Assembly (NCBI GenBank): GCA_963693365.1
Contig: CAVNZM010000007.1
Location: forward strand, 8,429,962 to 8,493,961
Source: Amoebidium appalachense
Lineage: Eukaryota; Protista; Ichthyosporea
Direction of reading: 5' to 3'
Length of the DNA: 64,000 bases
This document shows positions 13,372-24,642 of the stretch, piece by piece. Numbering within the stretch: the first letter of the stretch is position 1; each line of letters starts with the position of its first letter. Both the position numbers and the translations under genes were made by a program. Below the pieces are notes generated by a model. That model was not told the DNA's origin. It made no database searches and was given only the letters and a program-made list of their open reading frames with translations.

Positions 13372-13551
13372 CTCACAGGCATGTGCAGACTCGCACGAAA
13401 AACAAAAACACAAACCGTCACAGTTTCACGTTTTATGAGTTCAAGCTTTTTTTGGGTTCTGAAGTTAGTTGGTCGTAGGAACAAGAGAAAGAAGGCTAGG
13501 CGAATTTTTTTGTCATCAAAACAACTCAGCACGCAAGAGGCAGCAGCGGAA

Positions 13552-16529
13552 ATGGACGGTATGTGTGTTCGGTCATGTTAAAATCTTGTCAAGACCCCCC
13601 CTCCCCCCACACTGCCTTGACCTTAGACATGTTTTAGTTGATTAGTTAGACTCCTTCAGCTCTCTTTCTGTGAGTGCCCATATAAGCTATGGGCTTTGAA
13701 GCATTTAAAAAGCATTTAGTAGTGAAAGGAATTATGAGGCTCAAAAAAGCAAACGGAGTATCGTTTTTGGTAAGTTGTTTGACTGCGGGGAAGGGGTGGT
13801 GGGGCTGCTTGGTCGTTTGTGCTCGACATAACCATACCGTTACAACAGGTGTTTGCATACATGTTTGAGCCGAGTTTGGCGTTTTGGGGCCTGGCGGACT
13901 TTGAGAGACGAAGCACGAGCATAGAGGATGAAGGAGAGGAGGGGTATCTTAGTCGCTTTTCGAACGCCAAGCATCATGTTGAGACCTGGGCTGTTGAGTG
14001 AAAGAGCAAGAGTGCGGAGTGGTGGGGAGGTGTGGAGCCAAACGAAAAGAGAGAGAATGTGGAGAGGAATAGAGTGGGCAACTGCAGCTTTTACAATAAA
14101 GAGTGTTAGCAATGCCTTTACACCAGATGTTTGTTTCATTGTGTCAAGGCAGTTGAGGGGTGGTCTATCTTCTGTCTTGTAAGACAGGTGCTGCTCCTCA
14201 GCCTGCTTAGCCGCCTCCCCCCCCCCCCCTCCCCCCTCCCCTCCCCGTCTCACAGAAAAAAAGTAAAAAGAAAGATGAAGAAAGTAAAAGGAAAGGAATG
14301 GTAAAAAAAAGAAAAAGGAAAAAAGAAGGGAATGGAAAAGTCCATAAATAAAAAGGGGTAAGAGAGATTGAATATCCGAATTCTACTGCTGGTTAGAAGT
14401 TGGACATGCACACGAAGCTAGCGTATAGAAGGGTTTGAGAGAAAGGGAGCCTGATCGGGCTGCAGTTTTGGGTGTGTTTGTTTTGTTCGTGTCTGCGTTC
14501 ATCCTTGCATATCAGTGCACAACCAGGGGAGTGTGCTGCTACGAAACATCTGCTAGCTTGACATCACCGCTCTAATAGTTCTTAGTGTGGAATGCTTGAG
14601 ACTGTTACTGCTTTTAGCACTCAGGATGTGCATTTTGGAGTGTGTGTGTTTCTTTTAAGTTCTTTTCGGTGCCTGCAAAGGCATGTGCTCGAGAGAAGAC
14701 AGCCACGATGCTAGCCAAAGGCCAGACTGGCAGCCAGCAAGCATTGCTTATGTGTAGTAATGGTGATGCTTTTTGTGAAGTTGCACGGGTTGAACACTGA
14801 CACCCAGTTGCACCCCTACCATATTTGCCTCAACATATCGAGTAGACTATCGGCGCTACGGCAACGGTGAGCAATCCCCCCCTTTCCCCCCGAAAAAAGA
14901 AAAAGAACTATATTCAAACACAAACAAGCAAACGCCATTAAGGTATCTGCTCTTACCTTGTGCCATATTCGTATGGGTGTGTAGGGCGTTTCATTGGTGC
15001 GTTAGATGATTCCTCTCTCCTTTCCTTGTGCCTCTTTGATTATACACTCCGGTAACTCCCCCCCCCCCCCCCCCCCCCTCCCCCGGCCCAGGGAAAAAAA
15101 GGAAACCGCCCACCCACCCCCTCAAACATGCCTATATGCAGGCACATGCACGTTGGAGACAGCAATCCCTGTTCCAGAGCTCCTCGATTTGCCAGTATCC
15201 GCCCGAGTGTTTTTTTGGCATGTGTGGTGAACATCATGCAGAGCACTTCTTTCTTGGCAATTGAAAATGCTGGGCTTTGTGGGGAGGCTCCCGTATGCAA
15301 CAGCAAACCTTCAGAAGGAAAAAAGTGCTATAGCTGATTTCCCCCTCGTTTTTAGCTCCCCATAGTATATTTATTTACCCATTTTTAAGCCGATTTCTTA
15401 CGTTTCGTGCCCACAGATCGGGACGACCGTTATCGCGACAGCGGTCGGGATAGATTCCGTGACGACAGGGGAAGCTATCGCGACGATCGGGGGGGGTTAC
15501 CGCGACGATCGGGGGGGCTATCGCGACGATAGGGGGGGATACCGTGGAGACAGTTACCGTGATGGCGGGTACCGTGGATTCGGTGGCGGTGGGTCACGCT
15601 CAGGGTATGTGTGCTTGTGTGTCTCTCCCCCTCCCCCCCCCCCCCTCCTCTCTCCCCCCCTCACCCCCAACACACACACACACACACACACATGGAATTA
15701 TACTTGGGGTGCACGTGTTCATCGTCTGGATTGCTCCCCCCCCCCTCCCCCCCCCCCCCCCCGGTGGGTCCCCCCTGAGGATGGGCTCTGCTTATTATAC
15801 ATACTCTTTATGTATGGCTTGCATTCTGCATCGTGTTATCCGTTTGTTCTTGTGTACTTCGTACTTTATGACGCATTCAAATCCCCCCCTCCTCCCCCCC
15901 CCCCCCCCCCCCTCCCCCCTATCCTCCCCTTCTTCTACACCCGTGGCTTTCCTTGTGCTTTCTTGGTTGTGTGTGCGTGTGTATCACGAGGTGTACATGC
16001 GTGTGTTGGGTTTGGTAGTTGCGGTCATTGTGGCTCACCTCCTCGATCTCCTCTCTCTCTCTCTTTCCCTCTCTCTCTCTGTCTCCCTCTCTCTCTCTCC
16101 CTCTCTCTCTCCCTCTCTTCTCCCTCTCCCTCATTCCTCCCTCCCCCATTCTCTTTTTCTGGGTGTGCGGAAAGACTCGTTTGTGTGTGTGTGTGGGAGG
16201 GAGGGGGGTGGATGCTTTCTCTCTCTCTGTGCCCTGACTATGGAATGCATGCAGGTACGGTGGTGTCTCTTCGGCCCCGCCACGCCGTCGGTAAATCCCC
16301 CCCCCCCCCCCCCCCCCCCCCCCGGGGCGTTTCCCTACCCTTAGTGGTTCGTATTGAGGTGAATGTGTTGAAATCTGGGTACTGTGGATGAGTTGCACAA
16401 TGGGTTTGTGTGGTCCTTTGTGAATGTGTACATCGTATTTTGTAACACATTCTAAAGTTGCCCTCCCTCTGCCGCTTCACCCTTGCTACAGAAAGCGAAA
16501 ACAAGACCCTGTTGACAGGGGATACCCCC

Positions 16530-16560
<31 letters not shown>

Positions 16561-16667
16561 AAAAAAAAAAAAAAAGATACAATAAATTAAAATAAAAAAG
16601 AAAAGTGCTAGCAGTATGTTACCCGTTATGAATGTGTACTTCGCTCTCTATGACACGTTCTAACTAC

Positions 16668-16704
<37 letters not shown>

Positions 16705-17612
16705 ACCATCTTTGAGGATGGGCTCTGCGTATGATCTATACTCAGCGTGCTTTGCATTGTCTTGTCCACCACGCATGTGACTACGTAACCCCCCCCCCCC
16801 TTTCCCATTCTCTCGTCCCACACACACACCACTTTCATGTGCTCCGCTCACTCATATCCCCCCTGTTCCTTTCCATTTGCAGTGGTGACCGGTTCCACAA
16901 CGAAGATGCAAAGGAGAAGTCGTCGACTCTCTTTGTTGGCGGCATCCCCTACAGCTTCCGTGAGAGCGACATGGAGCAGCTTTTTGAGAAGTTCGGACGT
17001 GTGGAAAAGACGGTGATTGGGGTGGATAGGAGGACTGGACGCCCCAAAGGGTATGTTTTGAAGAGGGTTTTGCACGTGTGTGTATGTGTGTGTGTGTGTT
17101 TGGTGGGGGGAGGGGGACGGGGGGGGGGGGGGGGGGCTGGTGTGGGTGGGTGTGTGTGTTTGGGGGGGGGGGGGGGGGGGGTGTATATGTGTGTTTGTGT
17201 GTTTGTGATAAATTGTTTGGAAGGGCAAGGACCCCGTTTCCTGCGTGTTTTGATGGTTGTGTCTAGGGTGGGTGGTTTGTGCTTGCTAAACCCGTTGAGC
17301 ATGTCTCCCTTTCCCTCTCCGCTCCCAATTTCGAGCTCGAGCCCGTTGTTGACACTCCGCACACGTACACACACAGAAATACACTCCACGTGTACTCGCA
17401 CGCTTGCGTACACGTGCACGTACACACACGTACACACACGTACACGTACACATACAGGTTTGGGTTTGTGACGTTTGAAGATCGTCGGGATGCCGAGGAT
17501 GCCTATGACCGCATGCAGAACTACGAGCTGGAGGGCCGCCGTCTGCGTCTGGACTTTGACGTTGGTCTCGAGCAGAAACAGCGCATGATCAGCAAATGGT
17601 GAATACTATCCC

Positions 17613-17655
<43 letters not shown>

Positions 17656-18314
17656 CACACACACCCTTGCCGCCGCCACCACACAACACAACAAACATAT
17701 TTACTCAATTTGTTGTCTTTAAGGCGCTGAACCATCCCCCCCCCCCCACCACCACCACCACCACCACCACCACCACCACCACCCACCCACCCACCCACCC
17801 AAAAAAAGGCATCTTCTCCGTGGGCACCAACACCACCACCCAAATACTCTCTTCCCAACCTGCCCCCCCCTCCCCCCCCCCCCCCCCCAGTCTTCTTTCA
17901 GAGGTGTCCTTTCAGGACAGACCACTGTGTGGAGACCGCTTTACTTCCATGCAACCGGGCATGGTTGCTCTGTGTCGTGCATCTGTAAGCACATAAACAT
18001 TTTTCGCTGCACTGCATTAGTTTGCACACACATATTCACCGTTTTGCTCACCTTGCTTGCATAAGCAACCCTGCTCGTCTTTGATCAAGACGGGTTGACC
18101 CTCCCGAGTTCAGTTGATGCTGCTGTCTGAGTTGGAGAGTCATATATACGCGGGCTAAGGGGTCGAAACTCAGGCGCAATTGATGACTTGGGCCCTCCCT
18201 GAGGATGGGCTCTGCTTGTGACGCATACTGTGCGCATGGCTATGTTGCATACTTGAACGTTTGCCTTTGCATGTGTCCTTCGTGTATGCGTACTTCGTAC
18301 CGTGTTCCGCATTC

Positions 18315-18356
<42 letters not shown>

Positions 18357-18903
18357 ATCCCCTATATCTCTCAAAAAAAAAAAAAAAAAAACAGGTAAGA
18401 AAAGAAAAGAAAAAGCCCTTACACTACACACTCTCACACTTACTCATCCTCGGTCTCAGAGATGTGAACCCACCCCACACACACTCACTGCATAACACCC
18501 CGGCCTTTACCATGTCCACCTTGCCTTCTTCATTTCTTCTGCTACGCCCACACACACATTTGTCTTCGGTATATTTTTCGCCATGCATGTAAGCCCCACA
18601 CATTCTTTAATGCACACACTGACACACACTGACGTGATCTTTTGCTTTCACAGGGAGGGCCGTCGTCTTGAAAGTCAGGGCAAGCGCAAGTCACGTTCGC
18701 GCACTCGCTCACGCTCCCCCCGCCGCTCTCGTTCCCGGACCCGTTCCCGTTCCCGCTCTCCCCGCAACTCACGTTCTCGCAGCCGATCACGCTCTCCCGC
18801 ACGTGGCGGTTCTCGGTCGCCCTCCCCTAGACGTTCCAGATCTGCATCTAGGGGGGCATCTCGGTCCCCTCCTCCTCGGCCTAGATCCGTCAGCCCGGCT
18901 TGA
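13552..18903 (+). CDS. SR-like splicing factor: N-terminal RDDRGGY repeats, one RRM, C-terminal RS domain (~269 aa)
   Basis: Exons 13552-13558, 14846-14866, 15417-15604, 16255-16290, 16883-17050, 17458-17598, 18654-18903; all GT-AG and phase-consistent except one extra G in a G-run in exon 3. RNP2 LFVGGI, RNP1 KGFGFVTF, EDRRDAEDA motif, RSRS tail. Confidence 0.9.
15763..15881 (+). mobile_element. Short (~120 bp, subfamily A) copy of the poly(C)-anchored family
   Basis: ccctgaggatgggctctgcttattatacatactctttatgtatggcttgcattctgcatcgtg…gacgcattcaaa, flanked by C-runs; in SR-gene intron 3. Confidence 0.85.
16713..16788 (+). mobile_element. Degenerate short copy of the poly(C)-anchored family
   Basis: tgaggatgggctctgc… ending at a C-run; in SR-gene intron 4. 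Confidence 0.55.
17889..18315 (+). mobile_element. Near full-length monomer of the poly(C)-anchored 452-bp family
   Basis: Colinear with the reverse complement of the 22423-22874 unit (gtcttctttcagaggtgtcctttcaggac…gttccgcattca), with a small internal deletion. C-runs on both sides; in SR-gene intron 6. Confidence 0.9.
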
Positions 18904-18992
18904 TGAAGGTGCGTGGGTGGCAGACCGGGTGTTTGTGTGGGTGCGTGGGTGTGGGGGTGGTGGGGGAGAGGGGGGAGGGGGGAGGGGGGGGA

Positions 18993-19023
<31 letters not shown>

Positions 19024-19484
19024 AGGGCAAAGAGTGGGTGTGGAGGTGGGATGAAGCACAGGGTGGGTGGTATGATGTGTTTGGTGGTGACGGCGTGTGG
19101 GTGACTGTGTGTGTTTTATGTGGCGGTGTGAGCAGGGTGTGTGCATTTTTATAAATGGATAGGGACGGAACTACTGATGTTAGGTGACCGTGCGTGCTGT
19201 GTTCAGATGTGTGAGGTGGTCACGGTGTCGTCATGTGTGTGTGTGTGGTGTGTGTGTGTGTGTGCTCGTCTGTGTGTACGTGTATGCTGTTCATGTATAT
19301 TGTTGTACCAACAAAAAGTATTCACAGGCTGATCCAATCTCCCTGCAGGCCTGTGTCCTGGGGTGGGTGCTGTTATCCGGGCATTTGATCAAGATGTGCG
19401 GAGGCAACAAAGACGAGGGATTGGTGGATTGAGGGACGGCAATATGGATGGCAACAAACGGGTGGCGCTCCGTGATCTATGCTC

Positions 19485-19518
<34 letters not shown>

Positions 19519-20388
19519 GTTAACCATTGTACGTGATGCTATGTTTCTTCCTAACCTACACCGAATCTTTTGACTAATAATTATGATAATACGATAGGGA
19601 GCACATTTAGAACAATTTAGGGCTGTGCTTGACGGGTATAAAGTTTTCCCCCCTCTCGGCATCCGGGACTCGAAAGCTTAAAGGCGTGCTTATCGGTGCT
19701 CGTCATGCATAATTCAGGCGGGATTTTGTAGAACCAGTTTTCTTGGCAAGCGCGGTGTAGAATGGCTGGGCTAGGCTGTTGCAGGTTGGTTGGGATTAAA
19801 CGTCGGTGAATGCTCCCCCTTTTGCCTGATTTTTTACCTGGCAGTAAAGCAGTGAATAGAGTGCCGTGGATATTATATCTGGCCTTGGTTCATGTGAGGA
19901 ATCGACAAGCAAATACGATCATGTCTGTGACCTGTTTGGTATCTGGGGCTTCCTGATACATGCCGGCTTGCAGGCTTCTTCTGCCAAGTGTAATAAAGTG
20001 ACCATGTAATAAAATTCAAGCTTTGGGACAAACACACAGAGTACCTGGTACAAATTTAATTAAATCTCGGTGTACCGAGCAGCCACAGGGAAGATGGTAC
20101 TCCGATAAAACACATTCATGCACATGCACACCGTACGTAGTTGTACACGTAAAATAGAGGAAACCCTTACATTGATAGGTCACACAATGTGTGATGTGGT
20201 GCGTAATAGCGATCAGGCAAACTTCGAACATGTTGCTTATAAAGTGTGCGCGCAGTTTGTGTTCTACGTCATGAGATATACAGAACCGTGCACATCGATC
20301 ATGGGTGAACATAAAAGCCTGGCTATCTGGCGTGCACGAGGGGAAAGGTTGGGCGTGTGGGCGTGTGCGTGTGTGTGTACGGTCACAA

Positions 20389-20419
<31 letters not shown>

Positions 20420-20870
20420 TACTATCCAGAATTAACAATTTTTCGGATCCAGGGAGGGCACCCAGGCACACAACACGTAGCCCACACATTTATTCAACTA
20501 CTTTGGGTCTCCATCCACACGCCTACTCATATGATACACGACTGTACAACAGTACACGTGTGGAGGTGGGGTACTTCGAACAACGAAATGATATGGTCGA
20601 CCTTCTGAAAGTATACGTGCACTAAAGCACAAAGGGGAAACATAAAACGAAACACAACTACAGAACGAAACACAACTACAGACTAAACTAGGCTAACCCA
20701 GTCATGTCTTAGACAACACTACCCAACACACCATCCGCCCTCCCTTCACGTGGCTCTGCCCCACAAACGAGCCACAGATACCACACCACCACCCAAGCAC
20801 GTGATTTTAAATCACACAGGGTCCAATCCAAACACACAGCTAAATATTACATGGAGCGTGAAGGAAACTC

Positions 20871-21377
20871 CTACTCGCTGCGCCCACGGCCGCGCCCACG
20901 GTAGCCACCGCGGCTGGGGGGTGCACCGCCGGCAAAGCGATCCTGATAAACGCAGGTAGTTAGGCTCATGCTGGCATCTCGGCACATAAGAAAGGTGTGA
21001 ACACAGCTAAACCGAACCACTAAAAAAACCAACCAAACAAACAAAAACAAGTCAATACCCATAAAAAAAGGTGTCCACTAATTTGATACAGCCTTAAGGC
21101 CCATCAAACCATTGTAAGCGAATCAAGAAACGGCATCTCCTTGTCGGCGCCCATCCACTGAAGCTACATCGTAGTGTGATAGAGCCAAACCCCTACTATT
21201 GGTTGCAAACCAGGGCCATTGACATACCAATCCCATGTTCATGCATATATGCTGCATGTACAGGTGAAAAGAGGTATAACTTACACCTACAAAGGGCTTC
21301 AGTACCAGACTCTCTGGCTCTCTCCCTCCTTTGCCCCCTCCCTCTCTCTGTGTGTATGTGTGTTGGGGAGAACGGGA

Positions 21378-21413
<36 letters not shown>

Positions 21414-22039
21414 ACACACCAGGTGCACGTCCATCAGACGGCCACGGAACTCTGAGTTGTTCAGCTTGTCTGCAGAGGAGGGAGGGGAAATGTTAGCACG
21501 ATTTGCACATACTATAAACCAACGTGCACGCACCAACAAAATGAAGATTTCAACCAACCAGCTACCGTTTGCTTCCACTTGAAAACTGTTAACACTTCCC
21601 GACGCAATGGAGTTTTGTCAAGCACCAAGCACAGCTGTAAGGTCCACACACAACACGTGTGTAGAAGCTCTGCACCACAATCTTCCAATGAAGGAATGCA
21701 TCGACACGGTATCAAGAATAAAGATAACCGATCAAACCTTTCAAATCCACACCTAACCCATGGTAAGGGGATTTCACCGACCCTATGAGGATCGAGAAAC
21801 GAAAGGGTGAAGGGGGGGGGGGGGGGGGGGGGGGGGGGATCATACTGATGGCATCCTGGGCCTCTGCAGCCGAGCCCAGCAGCACGGTGCCGGCACCACG
21901 AGAGTAGCCCTCACTGTTGCCCAGAATCTCCGTGCGCACAACATTGAACCCTGCATGGAAATCATAAATACCATACGAAAAAAAAAAAAAAAGAAGAAGA
22001 AGGAGAAGAAGAAGAAGAAAAGAAAGAAGAAAGAAGAAA

Positions 22040-22071
<32 letters not shown>

Positions 22072-23799
22072 ATATGAATGTGGAACACGGACGGTACGAA
22101 GTAACAAAACACGATTAGAAGCATGGTGCAGGACATATGCAAAGGCAAACATTCAAGCATGAAACATCACCAATGTGCACAGTATGTGTCATAAGCTGAG
22201 CCCATTTTCAGGGAGGGCCCAAGTCATCAATTGACTCTGAGTTTCGGCCCCTGAGCCCACGTATATACGACTCTCCAACTCAGACAGCAGCATCAACTAA
22301 ACTTGGGAGGGCCAGCCCGTCTTGATCAAAGACAAGCAGGGTTGCTTACGCAAGCAAGGTGAGCAAAACGGTGAAGATGTGTAAAGGGGAGGGGGGAAGG
22401 GGGGGGGGGGGGGGGGGGGGGGTTTGAATGCGGAACACAGTACAAAGTACGCATACACGATGAGAAGCATGGTGCAGGACACATGCAAAGGCAAACATTC
22501 AAGTATGCAACATCAGCCATGCGCACAGTATGCGTCATAAGCAGAGCCCATCCTCAGGGAGGGCCCAAGTCATCAATTGCGTCTGAGTTTCGACCCCTTA
22601 GCCCGCGTATATACGACGCTCCAACTCAAACAGCAGCATCAACTGAACTTGGGTGGGTCAACCCGTCTTGATCAAAGACGAGCAGGGTTGCTTATGCAAG
22701 CAAGGTGAGCAGAACGGTGAAGATGTGTGTGCAAACTAATGCAGTGCAGCGAAAAACGCGTATGTGCTTACAGATGCACGACACAGAGCAACCATGCCCG
22801 GTTGCATGGAAGTAAAGATGTCTCCACACAGTGGTCTGTCCTGAAAGGACACCTCTGAAAGAAGACAGGGGGGGTTTGAATGCGGAACACAGTACAAAGT
22901 ACGCATACACGATGAGAAGCATGGTGCAGGACACATGCAAAGGCAAACATTCAAGTATGCAACATCAGCCATGCGCACAGTATGCGTCATAAGCAGAGCC
23001 CATCCTCAGGGAGGGCCCAAGTCATCAATTGCGTCTGAGTTTCGACCCCTTAGCCCGCGTATATACGACGCTCCAACTCAAACAGCAGCATCAACTGAAC
23101 TTGGGTGGGTCAACCCGTCTTGATCAAAGACGAGCAGGGTTGCTTATGCAAGCAAGGTGAGCAGAACGGTGAAGATGTGTGTGCAAACTAATGCAGTGCA
23201 GCGAAAAACGCGTATGTGCTTACAGATGCACGACACAGAGCAACCATGCCCGGTTGCATGGAAGTAAAGATGTCTCCACACAGTGGTCTGTCCTGAAAGG
23301 ACACCTCTGAAAGAAGACAGGGGGGGTTTGAATGCGGAACACAGTACAAAGTACGCATACACGATGAGAAGCATGGTGCAGGACACATGCAAAGGCAAAC
23401 ATTCAAGTATGCAACATCAGCCATGCGCACAGTATGCGTCATAAGCAGAGCCCATCCTCAGGGAGGGGGGGGGGGGGGGGCACGAGCAAGAACTGAGTGA
23501 CAAACAAGGCAACACTCACAGCGCCACGTACCTACCGATGTACCAATCCACAAACACAAGCGTGATTCCGGGAGGGAAAAAAAAAACAAAAAAAAAAAAA
23601 AAAAAAAAACACCACCCACGCAAGATCATCCCCCCCCCCCCCCCCCCCACCCCCCCCACACACACACACACACTCACCACCACCTACCCACCCAACAAAT
23701 CCCTACCCACACCACCCCAACCCACCCACCCACAGCCCAATAAGTTCCAGAAAACGAAGGAAAGGGCAGGGGTTATGCACATGGGGTGTGGATTTGCTG

Positions 23800-23835
<36 letters not shown>

Positions 23836-23893
23836 ATCTTTCTCTCTATATCTTTTCTCAATCTCTCCCTCTCTCTCCTTTTTCTTTCTTTTT

Positions 23894-23925
<32 letters not shown>

Positions 23926-24399
23926 TGAATGCGTCAAAAAGTACGAAGTACACAAGAACAAACGGATAACACGATGCAGAATGCAAGCCATACATAAAGA
24001 GTATGCATAATAAGCAGGAGGGGGGGGGGGGGGGGGGGGAGGGGGGAAGGGGGAAGGGGGGCAAAGACGCACCATGCTCCCGGAAGTGGTCCTTCAGGTC
24101 CTGCCAAGAAACACTGTAGTTGAGCTGCAGAGGGCATGCGTCAGTTTACTAACAGATCCCCCCCCCCCCCCCCCCCCCCCCCAAAAAAAAACAACAAAAC
24201 ACACACACACACACAAAAAAAAAAAAAAGAAAAAAAAAAAGGGGAAAAAAATAAAAAGAAAGAAAGAAAGAAAGAAAGAAAAAAGCGCGTCCACAGGCAC
24301 CCGCCCACACCCACCCCTTGTTTTGGTGGACAGCAATCAACAAATCAACAACGTACAAAATACACACACGCACATACACCTTTCGTGCGAGTAAACCCC

Positions 24400-24430
<31 letters not shown>

Positions 24431-24607
24431 AAACACAGACACCCACACCCTTTCAATCAAGGGTCGACATGTATGTGCGTGCACATCATGTTTCAACATG
24501 AAGTTTGAGGTAGCTAGGTATGAGAGTGGGTTAAGAATAGGGTGTGACAGGAGGAGGTGCGGGGGCAAGGTGATTACCCACAAGCATACATGTGAGAGAG
24601 AGAGAGA

Positions 24608-24642
<35 letters not shown>

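Noticed and set aside
18181-18202. C/D-box snoRNA (TGATGA…CTGA)
   Set aside because: The boxes are only 12 nt apart, there is no guide region, and most short copies lack the C box.
18126-18211. Canonical hammerhead or HDV ribozyme
   Set aside because: CTGAGGA and GAAAC are present, but stem II and the NUH site cannot be formed; the HDV P1/P3 nesting was not found.
13552-18903. Assigning TRA2, SRSF10 or NCBP2 as the gene symbol
   Set aside because: The RRM shares features with several families; orthology needs a phylogeny.
22423-23465. CRISPR-like array, or coding repeats (62-84 aa ORFs)
   Set aside because: Units are identical 452-mers with no unique spacers, in a eukaryotic intron. The ORFs are not preserved in diverged copies.
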